64,000 bases of DNA from Antechinus flavipes. Lineage: Eukaryota. This document shows, in pieces, positions 35,901-47,100 of the stretch. How positions within the stretch are numbered: position 1 is the stretch's first letter; each line of letters starts with the position of its first letter. The notes beneath the pieces are model-generated. The model had not been told where the DNA came from and ran no database searches. It worked only from the letters and a program-made list of their open reading frames with translations. The stretch is taken from contig NC_067401.1 of the NCBI RefSeq assembly GCF_016432865.1, positions 2,108,001 through 2,172,000 on the forward strand, read 5' to 3'. Position numbers and translations under genes: made by a program.

Positions 35901-38900
35901 TTTTTCTTGGTCACGGCCAGATTCTAGGTGTTCTTTAAGCACATTAGCGTGCATGCTTGTGGACTTTGTGGAGTTTGTAGCTTCCCTTTTTTCGAATCGT
36001 CTCTGTCCGGTTTCAGAGGCGGCGTTCCCCAGCGGACCACATATATTGGATTTGCTATTAAAGCTTTGGCGGCCTCTCAGGGCCAGGCTCTGGACTGGCG
36101 GAAACAGTCTTCGCTCGTGGGAAGTGACGGCCTCTGTCCCTTCTTTGCTGAAACCGGGCATTCACAATGATCGCTTTTCTCTCTCAAGATTCACGAGCGA
36201 GAACGTGATCGGGAGATTGCGGAGCTGGTCCGTAAGCATCAAGAGGAGCTGAAGCAGCTCCGGGAGGGACTTCAGAGCAAGCACCAGCAAGCGATGAAGG
36301 AGCTTCAGCAGCAGCTGGAAGCCTTCCATGAAACAGAGATGCAGCAAGCCCAGCTCCAGGCACAGGTAGGCTTGGGCCCGGCCCACACCGCGGGTCCTGG
36401 GCAGGGCGCTGTCCCCTTAGCCAGGGGTTCTGGAGGTTCCCTTACCTGCAGGCTTTCTTTGAGGGCCTATCCCTGAACAAGACTCCCCTGTGCCCCCCAC
36501 GCGACACGTCTGCCTCGAGCTTTCCTTCAGAACCCCACCTTGCAGAGCTCGGCCTTCCCCCTCTGAAGAAGCTCTCATGGGTGTCTTTGTGATTTTTCTG
36601 CCCACAAGCCCACAAAAAATCTTGGGGGTCGCTCAGTCTTCTGGTCTGATCCCCTTTACCCCATGGGGTTCCTGGCTTCCTTCAGGACATGGCCTGGCCG
36701 GCTGAGCCTCCCCCCTCTTCCGGGGGTGTCTCCTCCCAGTCTGTTTGGACCCCCTTCAGAGTGTGTGTGTTAATATGGGGGGGAAGGGATGTGTGCACGT
36801 TGGCTTCTGGCCCCTGGTGCTCAGCCTGGCACCCAGGGTGTTTCTGCTCAGTCAAGAGCCCCATGCCCTGGACAAGCCAGCCTTCTCCTCTGCCACGTCC
36901 TCCCCTTTGCAATGGCCGGCTCCCACTGAGGCTGAGCCTGCTTCTTGCTTCTTGCCCAAGGTCTTTCTCTCCAGCTCTTCCTCTGCTCTCCCCTTCTTCC
37001 TTGACCTTCATCCTCTCCTGCCTCCTCACCAGGTGGCCAGACCATTTTGGCTTCAGCCTCGGCCTCTGGCCTTTCAGTGAGGGGCGCACCTTAAATTCTG
37101 GACAAACCGGCTGCTCTGACCCTGCCGTCCGAGCTGCTCTCGAGCCTTCTCCGGCAGCACCCTGGAGAGCAGCTGCTTTCCTCAGGGAGTTTCATCCAGA
37201 GCCTTAAACGCAGCAGGAACTTGTCCTTCATGAGACCCTCAGGCCGTGGGACAGCATGGCCCAGAACTGGCTGGTGTGGAGGCCTGAGGAGGAGGAGGCT
37301 CTGGAAGGGGGTGGGGGGAAGCAAGAGAGATAGAAGTGCCCTGAGCCCGGAGAGGTCTGCTAAGGAGGCCGCTTCAAAGCAGGGACCACGGGGGGCCGAC
37401 CTGATCACATCCCCTGGCCAACGTTCCTGGGGAAATCGGGCAGGTGCTCCGGGAAGTGCTGCTTGCCCAGTCATTTGGCCCAAGCTGAGGAAGGGCCTGC
37501 TCCCCTGTGCCTGGCCTTGAGCGAGGCTCTTGTGGGGTGAGTCATTCTCTCATGAGGAGGGCCGGCCGAGAGAATGTTGGAAGGTGGAAAGGAAGGCGAG
37601 CCCGAGAAGGTGTCCAGAAAGGGGAGGCCGCAGGTCACAAAGGAGCCCATTAATGAGGCTGCTGCTGAGAAGTGGGAGAGCTGCAAAGAGGCGACCTGCA
37701 GGGGGCCTGGCCCTCGGCCCCCCGGGATCCCCCGCTGCAGCCACACGCAGGACCATCCGGCACTGGCAGGATCTGTGTTGGCCAATGCCTCTTTTCTGCT
37801 GCTTGTAGACCCTGCACAGCCTGGAGCTGGAGGCTCTGCGCCTGAGCCTGAGCAACATGCACACGGCCCAGCTCGAGCTGACCCAGGCGAACCTGCGCAA
37901 GGAGAAGGAGACGGCCCTGGTGGAGCTCCGGGAGATGCTCAATGACAAGCGGGCGCAGGAGGTAGCCCTCGTCCAGAGCCGCCAGCAGTTTGAGCTGGAG
38001 CACATCAAGGAGCAGCACCGCAAGGAAAAGGAGGACATGGCCTTGGAGCACCAGCAGGAGCTAGGTATGGGCTCCCGTCCCCGCCCTGGAGGTGCCAGGG
38101 AACCCCCTGCTGCTCTTCTCTGCCCCCAGGGGCCCTTGCCAGCATTCGTGGGTGGCTTCCTTCCTCGGGACTCCCAGGACTGGGGTGTGTTCACTGTGGG
38201 TAGCCAACAGTTTGTTATCCATTTGCTGTTCCCTTCTAAAAGGGAGAGGCCCTGGCTAGACCTCGAAGCCCTGGATCCTGGGTTCCATATCCCAGGAGGA
38301 CCCTCTTGGCGCCTTCCCGGTTCCTTCTGGGCCTGACTCCTCGAGGAGCCGGCCATGTTGTGGCCTTCTGTCTGCCTTCTCATGCAGAGCAAGGGCGACG
38401 GCTGGGATCTCCTTTGGAGGCTCCCTTTGTTCTCTGTCTTTGTGCCCAGGCTGAAGTTGCCCAAGAATGGGCATAGTGGGGGCTTCTTCCTCCAATGTGG
38501 AGAGACCACCATGGCGTCATGCTAGTGTTCTCAGTGTTGCCCATCCCTCGGTTTTAGCATCTGGTCTGAATTTACCATTCGGAGTCCCCGTCCTGCCCCG
38601 TGGGACCAGCAGGACCAGCGCCTGTCCACTGTCCGCGTACTTGGAGACGCTCCCGCGGCCAAATCCCTTCCTCTGAACTCCGGGCCCGGCCCTCCCGGCA
38701 GCCCCCTTCCTTTTCCCCCCAAAGGCCGAGGGCAGGACAGAGTCTGCCGTGTGAGGCCGCGTTGTGTTCAGAGTGGCTTCTCTCTTATTTCAGCTGCCTT
38801 GGAGAAAAAACTGGAACTAGAAGTGGAGGCTCACAGCCAGACATTGGAGGTAGCCCCAGCTGCCTTTTTTGTCTTTGTTGGGGAGGGGGTACAGCACTGG

Positions 38901-41099
38901 GACCCCGAAACCTGCCTTGGGCTCCCCTGCACACACGCAGGAGCGGCAGACTTGGATGCATTTCTTTCCCTCTCCGTCAAATGGGAATTGCCGTAGGCTT
39001 GAGCCCCCCGTGTGGGGACGGTGGGGTGAGATGGGTCAAACCCTTGGCCACCTGGGAGGTGTCTGTGAGTCCCCTACTTTCCCCGGGCCTGCCTGCTGCC
39101 TAGGTCCTCCAGAGGGACCTGTGATCTGTGCTTGATGTTTTTCCAGACGCTCAAGGGAGACTGGGACTCAGAGAAGGGCTCATGCTTAAGAAGGCTCGAG
39201 GAAGAGCTGGCCCAAAAGCACCGGGCAGAGATGGAGAGCGTGCGCGAGGCCCTGAGGGCCCAGTTGGCCGAGCAGAAGGTGGAGCTGGAGAAGATGGCCC
39301 ACGACAAGGCCCAGGCTGAAGGTGGGGCTCCGCAGGGGGCAAGGCGTCGTGGTCCGGTCCCCTGGGCCTGAACCCTTTAGGACCCGTATCTGCAGGGGGG
39401 CGCCCCGATGGAGAGAGCCCGGCCACAAAGGCCCGCGCTCCTGCCCCGGCTGTGGTACCCTGGGCGAGGCCTTCAGCCTCCGGCTGCCTCCATTGCCTCT
39501 CCTGCAATGGAGAGAGTAATGACAGCCGCCTCCCTGGGTCCTTGGGCGGATCCAGTGCCTCATTCTCCCCTTCTCTTCCCTTTCCCTCTGAAAATGAAAT
39601 CGAAAGTGTGATTCTAAGCTTAAATCCCCTTTCCTTTTTATCTTTTAAAATACTAGACCTCATCTCGATGAGAATGTAAATGCCATTTCAGTGTCATTTC
39701 TTCCCTGGATGGGAGGGAGGGAGCCGCTTTCCTGTCTCTGCTCCTGGAGGAGGGTCCGTGGCTCCCCTGGGAAGGCTCTCTTGTCCGGGCCCAATGGGGC
39801 GGCGGGTTCGGGCGGCCGGCTGCGGCCGAGCCCTATGGGGCCAGGCTTGGGGAATGACCTCCCCTTTGGCCTCTTCTCCTGCAGCTGCTCTCAGCAGCCT
39901 TCAGGCCCAGCACCGGGCGGCCATGCAGGACCTTCGCCAGGAGCTCCAGCTTCAGCGTGACCAGTATTTAGAAGACATGGATCTGAAAGTCCGAGAGAAG
40001 CAGCAGGAGGTGGGTGCTGCACGGGGCTTTCAGTCCGGCCTCCCCAGCGGGGAGAGAACCTGGAGTCTCTTTATTTTATTTTTTTTTTTTTAAATAACTT
40101 TCTATTGACAGAACCCATGCCAGGGTAATTTTTTACAACATTATCCCTTGCACTCACTTCTGTTCTGACTTTTCCCCTCCCTCCCTCCACCCCCTCCCCC
40201 AGATGGCAAGCAGTCCTTTACATGTTGAATAGGTTACAGTATATCCTGGATGCAATATATGTGTGCAGAACCGAACAGTTTTCTTGTTGCACAGGGAGAA
40301 TTGGATTCAGAAGGTACAAATAACCCGGGAAGAAAAACAAAAATGTAAATAGTTCACATTCGTTTCCCAGAGTTCTTTCTTTGGGTGCAGCTGCTTTTGT
40401 CCATCATTTATCCATTGAAACTCAGTTAGGTCTCTTTATCGAAGAGATCCACTTCCATCAGAATACATCTTCATACAGTATCGTTGTTGAGGTATAAAAT
40501 GATCTCCTGGTTCTGCTCATTTCACTCAGCATCAGTTCATGTAAGTCTCGCCAGTCCTCTCTGTATTCATCCTGCTGGTCATTTCTTACAGAACAATAAT
40601 ATTCCATAACGTTCATATACCACAGTTTACCCAGCCATTCTCCAATGGATGGGCATCCTTTCATTTTCCAACTTCCGGCCACTACAAACAGGGCCGCCAC
40701 AAACATTTTGGCACATACAGGTCCCTTTCCCTTCTTTAGTATCTCTTTGGGGTATAAGCCCAATAGAAACACTGCTGGATCAAAGGGGATGCACAGTTTG
40801 TTAACTTTTTGGGCATAGTCCTGGAGCCTCTTTGGAACACAGCCTGTCCTGGGGGGGGCCTTTGTTTTGCTGGGGAAGGCTGGCTTCTGGTGTGGGATCA
40901 GCAACTGCTCTGTCCCGTTTCCTCAGATTGGGGTTCGGGCCCTTCTTAGGCCAGGGACTGGCTCCCCATCCTTCAACGTTGATCCTGAGGCTCTCACGGG
41001 ATGTCCACACTGGCCGCCTTCCCAGTTTCTGATACTTGGTGTCAATATTTGTCATCATAGCAGCTGACGTGTGTATGTGGGGTGTGTGAGTGTGAGTAA

Positions 41100-41133
<34 letters not shown>

Positions 41134-44100
41134 TGCTGTGCACTCCGGGCCCCAGCGCCTCCTTTCCTCCCCACTGAGGTCCCTAGCGTGGCCCCTGTTT
41201 TTGTAGTTGAGGAAGCTCCTGAGCAGAGAGGGCCTGGGTCTTGCCTGCCAGGCCCTCGCGCACCCCCCCTCCCTCCCCCCACTGTGCCCTCACGCCCAGA
41301 CTGCCCGGCCCTCTGGGCCGCTCGCCCGCATCCTGGAGTCGGAGGCGCCGACAATGTGCCAAACGCTTTCCTTCTCCGCAGCTGGACACGCTCCAGGCCT
41401 CCTACGAAGAGCTGCAGGCGCAGTCCCGCGAGGAGATCCAGCAGCTCTGGTCTCAGCTAGACTCCACGCGAGCAAATCGGCAGGAGCTGAACGGTGAGTC
41501 CGGGAGCAGTTGTAGCCGCGGCCTCCCTGGGCCGGCCACCGTGATGGGGCCGACCGTCCTTCCCTTCTGGGGAAATGGTGGGATGGTTGAGGGGATTCCC
41601 AGGAGAGGCAATGCCCTCCATCGATGCAAGTCACCTCTTCCTCTGTAGCTCCTAGAACAGGTATGTTATGGGCCCAGGGTCACACAGTCAGGAAGTGTGG
41701 CCTTTAGCCCGGCTCTCTGCTCGCTGCCTGAGCCTCCAGGCTAGAGGGTGGCAGAGAGCTTGGGGAAGGAAGGTTTTTCATGTGAGGAAAATAAGGCAGA
41801 CTGAGTGAAGTGACTTGGTTAGGATCACCCAGCTAGGAAGTGTCTGAGGCTGGATTGGAACTCAGCACTGTCTCTAGGCCTAGCACTCTCCCCTGTAACC
41901 CCGAGCTGACGGCATCGCCAAGGGAAGTTTTATGGGGAGAAGAGAGAAGGGGGCTCAGGACAGAGCCTTGAGGGACCCTTGAGATTAACAAGGGTAGCCC
42001 TAGAGGAAGCCGCCCCTTCCTCAGACTGAGCATGATCCCCTTGGCAAGGAAGGGATCTTCCAGAAATGGGGACAGAACAGAGAACAGAGCAGGAGATCCT
42101 GAGAAGCAACAGGGCGGCCTGTGGGGGGACCCCAGAGAAAAGAGGGGCATGGGAAGGCCCCAGGCTGAGTTGGGAAGCAGCAGAGCGGGCCTTGGCCCAT
42201 TTCCCAGCATCCATCAGCTGCGGGCCGATGCCCTTGTCCTGAGACTGCAGCCGCGGAGGGGGGTCGGGGGGAGCCGGTCCCAGGGCGACCTTGGCGCGCT
42301 TGGGCTTGGCGGTGCCGGCCTCCCGTCGCCCTCTCCTCCTCATCCTGACTCACATGCTGCACCGCGTCGGGGGGCTGCCGGGCCTGCACTTCTCACTCCC
42401 GCTGATGGGAGGTGTTTGGCGTTGCAGAGCTCAGGGAGCAGCTTCTGGCCCGAGCGTCCCACGTGGAGCAGCTCGAGCACCTCAAGCACGACTTCGAGCG
42501 GCGGCAGCAGCAGAGGCGCAGCGAGCACGAGCGCGAGCTGGAGCAGCTGCGCCTTTACTTCGAGCAGAAGCTGCGGGCCGCCGAAGACAGCTACCGAGAA
42601 GACCTCCACCTGCTGCACCAGCGGCTGCAGGAGGTCAGGGAGGACTCCTTCCTCGACTCTGCCGACGTCAGGTAAAGGAGGCGGCCCGGCCTCCCGGGAG
42701 AAGGGGTGCCAGCAGATCACTCCTGCGCCTGAGCCCAGCCGGACACCCCTGTTTCGAGGGGGCGGTGGGAAGGGGCCTCGGGCCTCCCTTTTCCTCCGAT
42801 TTTCCTCTTGCCAGTAGCCCTAGAGGAAGCCGCCCCTTCCTCAGACTGAGCATGATCCCCTTGGCAAGGAAGGAATCTTCCAGAAATGGGGAGGAGGGAG
42901 GAGACCTCTGCCTTCCTTCTCTTCTTCCCCGGGAGATGGTCCGGGAGCTTCAGCCCTCTCTCTCCTTTGTGGCAGTTGGTCCGTCGAGTTCATGGAAGAC
43001 ACGGCTGATGTGGAAAGAAAAGCCCATTTGGAGCAGCTGATGCTTCAGCTAGAGCAGCACAAGGTGAGCCCCGGCCTGGAAGTGGCCTCTGACCGCGTGC
43101 ATGGCCCGGGGACTGGGGGGAGGGGCCTTGGGGCTTGGGAGCCATGGGCTGCTACTTAGCTCAGGACCTTCTCCTTCACGGGGAGGGGGGGGCGAGGCTT
43201 TGACCTTGGGAGGGGGGTCACAAGCTTGTGGTTAACATGGCTGGCCCTGGCCGGGGCCCTGTGGGGTGAAGGGGTGTCGGGTCAGCAGGAGCAGGGCCTT
43301 TCCCATTCCTCCTCACACCTGGCAGCAGGGTGGAGGGGGGCGGCCTGTTTCACTGTTGTCTGTACCTCCACCCAGTGTGGCCACGGGGGAGAGATCTCCC
43401 TCTTTTTCTAACACATTCCCCCCAATTCCATGGAAACAACTTTAGGTGTTTTCTTTCCGGGTCTGGAGTAGCGGGTTCTAGGGATTCCTCCCCTTTCCCA
43501 GAGGGGAATCATGTCATGGAGGGTGTGCACGGGCGGGCGTGGCAGAAAATGCCAACAGAAAAGCCAAAGGACAAAGCTTGGGTCTGTGCGACAGCACTGA
43601 GCTCCCCCCCTCCTCTTCCCCCCCCCCCCCCCCACAAGCCCAGGAGTCCTTTGGGACTGTGATGGAGGCTTAGTAATCGGTGCTTTGGGGGAGCTGGTGT
43701 CGGGAGGACGAGCTCAAACCCAGTCTTAGACTTTTACTGGCTGTGACCCTGGGCCAGTCACTTGCCACCATCTGCCCATTTGCTCCTCTGTAGAGAGGGG
43801 CAATAGCACCCGCCTTCTCCCAGACTTGTGCTCTCTAGGGCTGCCTGCTTGTCATTATCGATTTCTTGAGTCAGATGAGGGAGCCCTCCCCCAAAGTGCC
43901 CCTGACCGCCCCTGCTGGCTCTCTGTGCGGTCCTGGGCACCTGCCTGCCCCCGAGGAGCGGCCTGCGGTGGCCCTCCCCCCAGGGCGTGTGGACGCCGAA
44001 GGAGCTGCCGGCCCAAGGCTCAGATCGGCTGGGTGCGGGGCTCAGGCAGCCATACTCCACTGGGCTTGGAGAGAGCTGGGAGGGGAGCGAGAGAGACCCC

Positions 44101-47100
44101 GAGACCGGGAGCACCTCGTCTGTCTCGGAGCGCTGGGAATTCGGGTTGGGGCTCCGCTCCGTCCGGAGTTCGAGGCTGGGCCTGGGCCCTCTGCACTAAA
44201 GGGAAATTGTGCGGGCTCCAGCGGGCAATGGCGAGTGTCCTGGCTGCGCCCCGGAGTCGGGAGGGATGAGATCGAAGCAAGTTGGCTCCTGGCCCTGCCG
44301 CTGCCGGGGGATCGGGGAAGCCCTGAAGGATCCCCCACGCGGGCCCCGGGCAGACACAGCCCTGCCCCCAGAGCTTCCAGCCTCCATGCATTGGTGCAGG
44401 GTGGGCGAGGGGGACGGGGCCCAGGGAAGGTTTGCCCTAGGCTATCGTGCCTTTGTCCCCGCCAGGAGGGCATTGCCCATTTGAAACTACAGCTTGAAGA
44501 GAAGCACAAGGAGGAACTGGATGAGCTAAAGGCGTCTCTGGAAGCTCATCATAAGCAAGAGTCCCTGGAGGAGATGCAGAGGGAGAAGCGCCAGCACGAC
44601 CTCGACCTTGAAGAGCTGCGCACCCGCCTCACGGAGGAGCACAGGAAAGGTACCCCTGGGCCCCTGCCTCTGGGCCATTGCCTTTGACTCTTGCCTCCGG
44701 GCCCCTGCCTCTGCCTCCTGCCTCCGGGGCCCTGCCTCCAGCAGCTCTCTGATGGAGAGAGTTGTCACTAGTTGGGCCGCAGGAGCCGGTCACTGCTGTC
44801 ACTGATTTTCAGCCAGACTTTTAGAGAAGCCAGGGTGCCCCAAAGGAGAAGAGGGTGCAAAGGACTGTGGCTCCTGGGCCAGGGCTGTCCCGAAGAACGG
44901 TAGGAGAGTCTCGGCTCTCTTGGAAAACTCCTCAGGTGGTGTCGAGGCCCCCCCGGGCTCAGTTTGGTGCAGTCTGTTCCAGTCTGGCCCACCCCGTCCC
45001 ATCACATTTGGCCTGATTGGTCACGGCCTAGTGTGGTCCAGTCCCGTCCGGTCTGCTCTGATTGAGTTCAGTCCAGTCCACCGCAGTGCAGTCCGGCAAG
45101 TTGGCACTGAGCCGGATGCACGTCGGGCCTCGTGTTAGCCGGGCAGAGAAAGCTTTCCTATGAGGTCCTTGACCTCAGCGAGCTGACATGTCCCTGGGGG
45201 AGGAGGGGAGAGGGAGGGGTCTGGGAGATGATGTGCACCCTCAGAAGTATTGGCCAGGATGGGTTTGGTTAGAGGGAACAAATGATGGAGGCTATCAGGG
45301 AGGACTTCCTGGAGGAGGGAAAGGGGACTCCCCAGAGGGTCCATGAAGGAGTGGGGTGCAGGGGATTATGGTCCCGCAGCCCCACTTGGGGTCCCCCTGA
45401 GCTGGCGCAACGTCCTGGGCGTCGTGCAGGTCCCTGCACGGCCCAGCCACCACCTCCTGTCCTTGGTTTCCTGCAGAGATGATCAAGATGAGACTGCAGT
45501 GCGCGCAGGACGCTGCCCGTCAGGTGGAAACCGAGGTGGCGCAGAGGCTCTCGCTGGCCTTGGAAGATGATCACAAGGCCAGAGTGGCCCAGCTGCAGTC
45601 CCAGGAGGGGCGGGTTTCACAGCTCACCGAAGAAGTCGACCTTGCTCGGAAAGAAAATGCGGAACTGCGGGAGAAGCTGCAGCAGGAGGTCGCTCTGAAG
45701 GAGGAGGCGGAGAAAGTGGGTCTTGGTGCCGGCCCGGTGGGTGAGGGGAGGCCTGCCTTCTGTGGCGTCCAGTCCTGCCCAGATGGCCCCAGCTTTTTGG
45801 CTAGCTCCTCCCCTTCCAGACTGAGCTTGCATTCCTGTAAGAATGCTCGCTCCTTTCTTTCTGTTAAAATACTGCTAGCTTTTTATTTGTCGAGATACGC
45901 GCAGAGATAGTTTGCACCAACCATCTTTGCAAAACCTTGGCTTCGATTTTTCTCCCTCCCCGTCCCCTGGACAGCAAGTAATCCAGTACAGGTCACACAT
46001 GGCCACTTCTCTGTACGTATTCCCGCAATTCCCACTCTGCAGAAGGGAAAAAATGAAAAAACAAAATGCCCACAAACAAGAACAAAAGGGGAAAATCCGA
46101 GGTTATGCTCCACGCTCGGTCCCCACTCAGTCCCCACAGTTCCCGCTCGGTCCCCACGGTCCCCTTTCTGCGGGCAGGGGGCTCCGCCCATCACGGGTCT
46201 GTTGGAACTGGCCTGAGTCGGCTCGTGGTTGAAAAGAGCCGCGTCCGTCAGAGTTGATCGTCACGTATCCTTGTTGATGGGCACGATGTTCTCTTGACAA
46301 CCCCGCCTCCTTTTCAAAAAATCTGTTGTTGTCTTCTGCCATCTTTTCGTGGAGTTGATTTTTTGGTACCCGGGCAAGACTTGCCGTTTGTACAAAAGCC
46401 TATTAAATTTTATCTCATCGAGTCAGCCCATGCTTCAGGCCGTCCAGATCCTTTGGGACCCTGACTGGCAACCAGGGTGCTTGCTCTTCCTATTTTTTTG
46501 TCTCCTACCAGTTGGAGGAGCAGCCCTGCCAGTGCCTTTCCCCAAGCCAAGGGGAAGAGCCTTAAAAGGCCTCTGGGCGGAGGGCACGCTCTCTCCACTA
46601 CTTTACTGGCATCTTCCGGTTCGGTCCAGGAGCCACAAATGCTTGATGCTCCCTTTCTGGGGATGAGGTTCTTAATTGGGTCGCTCTTCCCAGAACTAAG
46701 AGGCGCCAGAGATGGCTGGGGCCCACGGGCAGACTGGCAGGCTCCAGGCCAGAGGGGGAATCTGGAACCTTGACCTTTAAAAAGGTTCAAGAGACGTAGT
46801 TTCTAGGTCATGTCATCATTAATAAGGCCAGCAGGTTATTCATAAAGCGATGGTCATTTGGCCAAAGACCTCTGATGGTGGTAGGGTCACAGTTCATATA
46901 TCCTTTAAAGAGGAGATGTTCCTGAGAGGTGGCGGTCAAGTTGGATTACTCAACACCATGACAGGTGTGGGCAAAAATAAAGGGAAGTCCCGAAGTACAT
47001 GACTTGGTCAGTCTAGGTCAGAGACATTAATTTCCGTCTCGATAATGGTGAGGATCTCCCTTTCCTCTGGCCGACCTGAGCGTTGCCTTTACAGTGAGCA

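Noticed and set aside
36682-38512. Chain of minus-strand ORFs (135, 130 and 320 aa)
   Set aside because: GC-rich, and the longest is partly the antisense shadow of PCNT exon 9; revisit only if the 35154-36161 ORF proves transcribed
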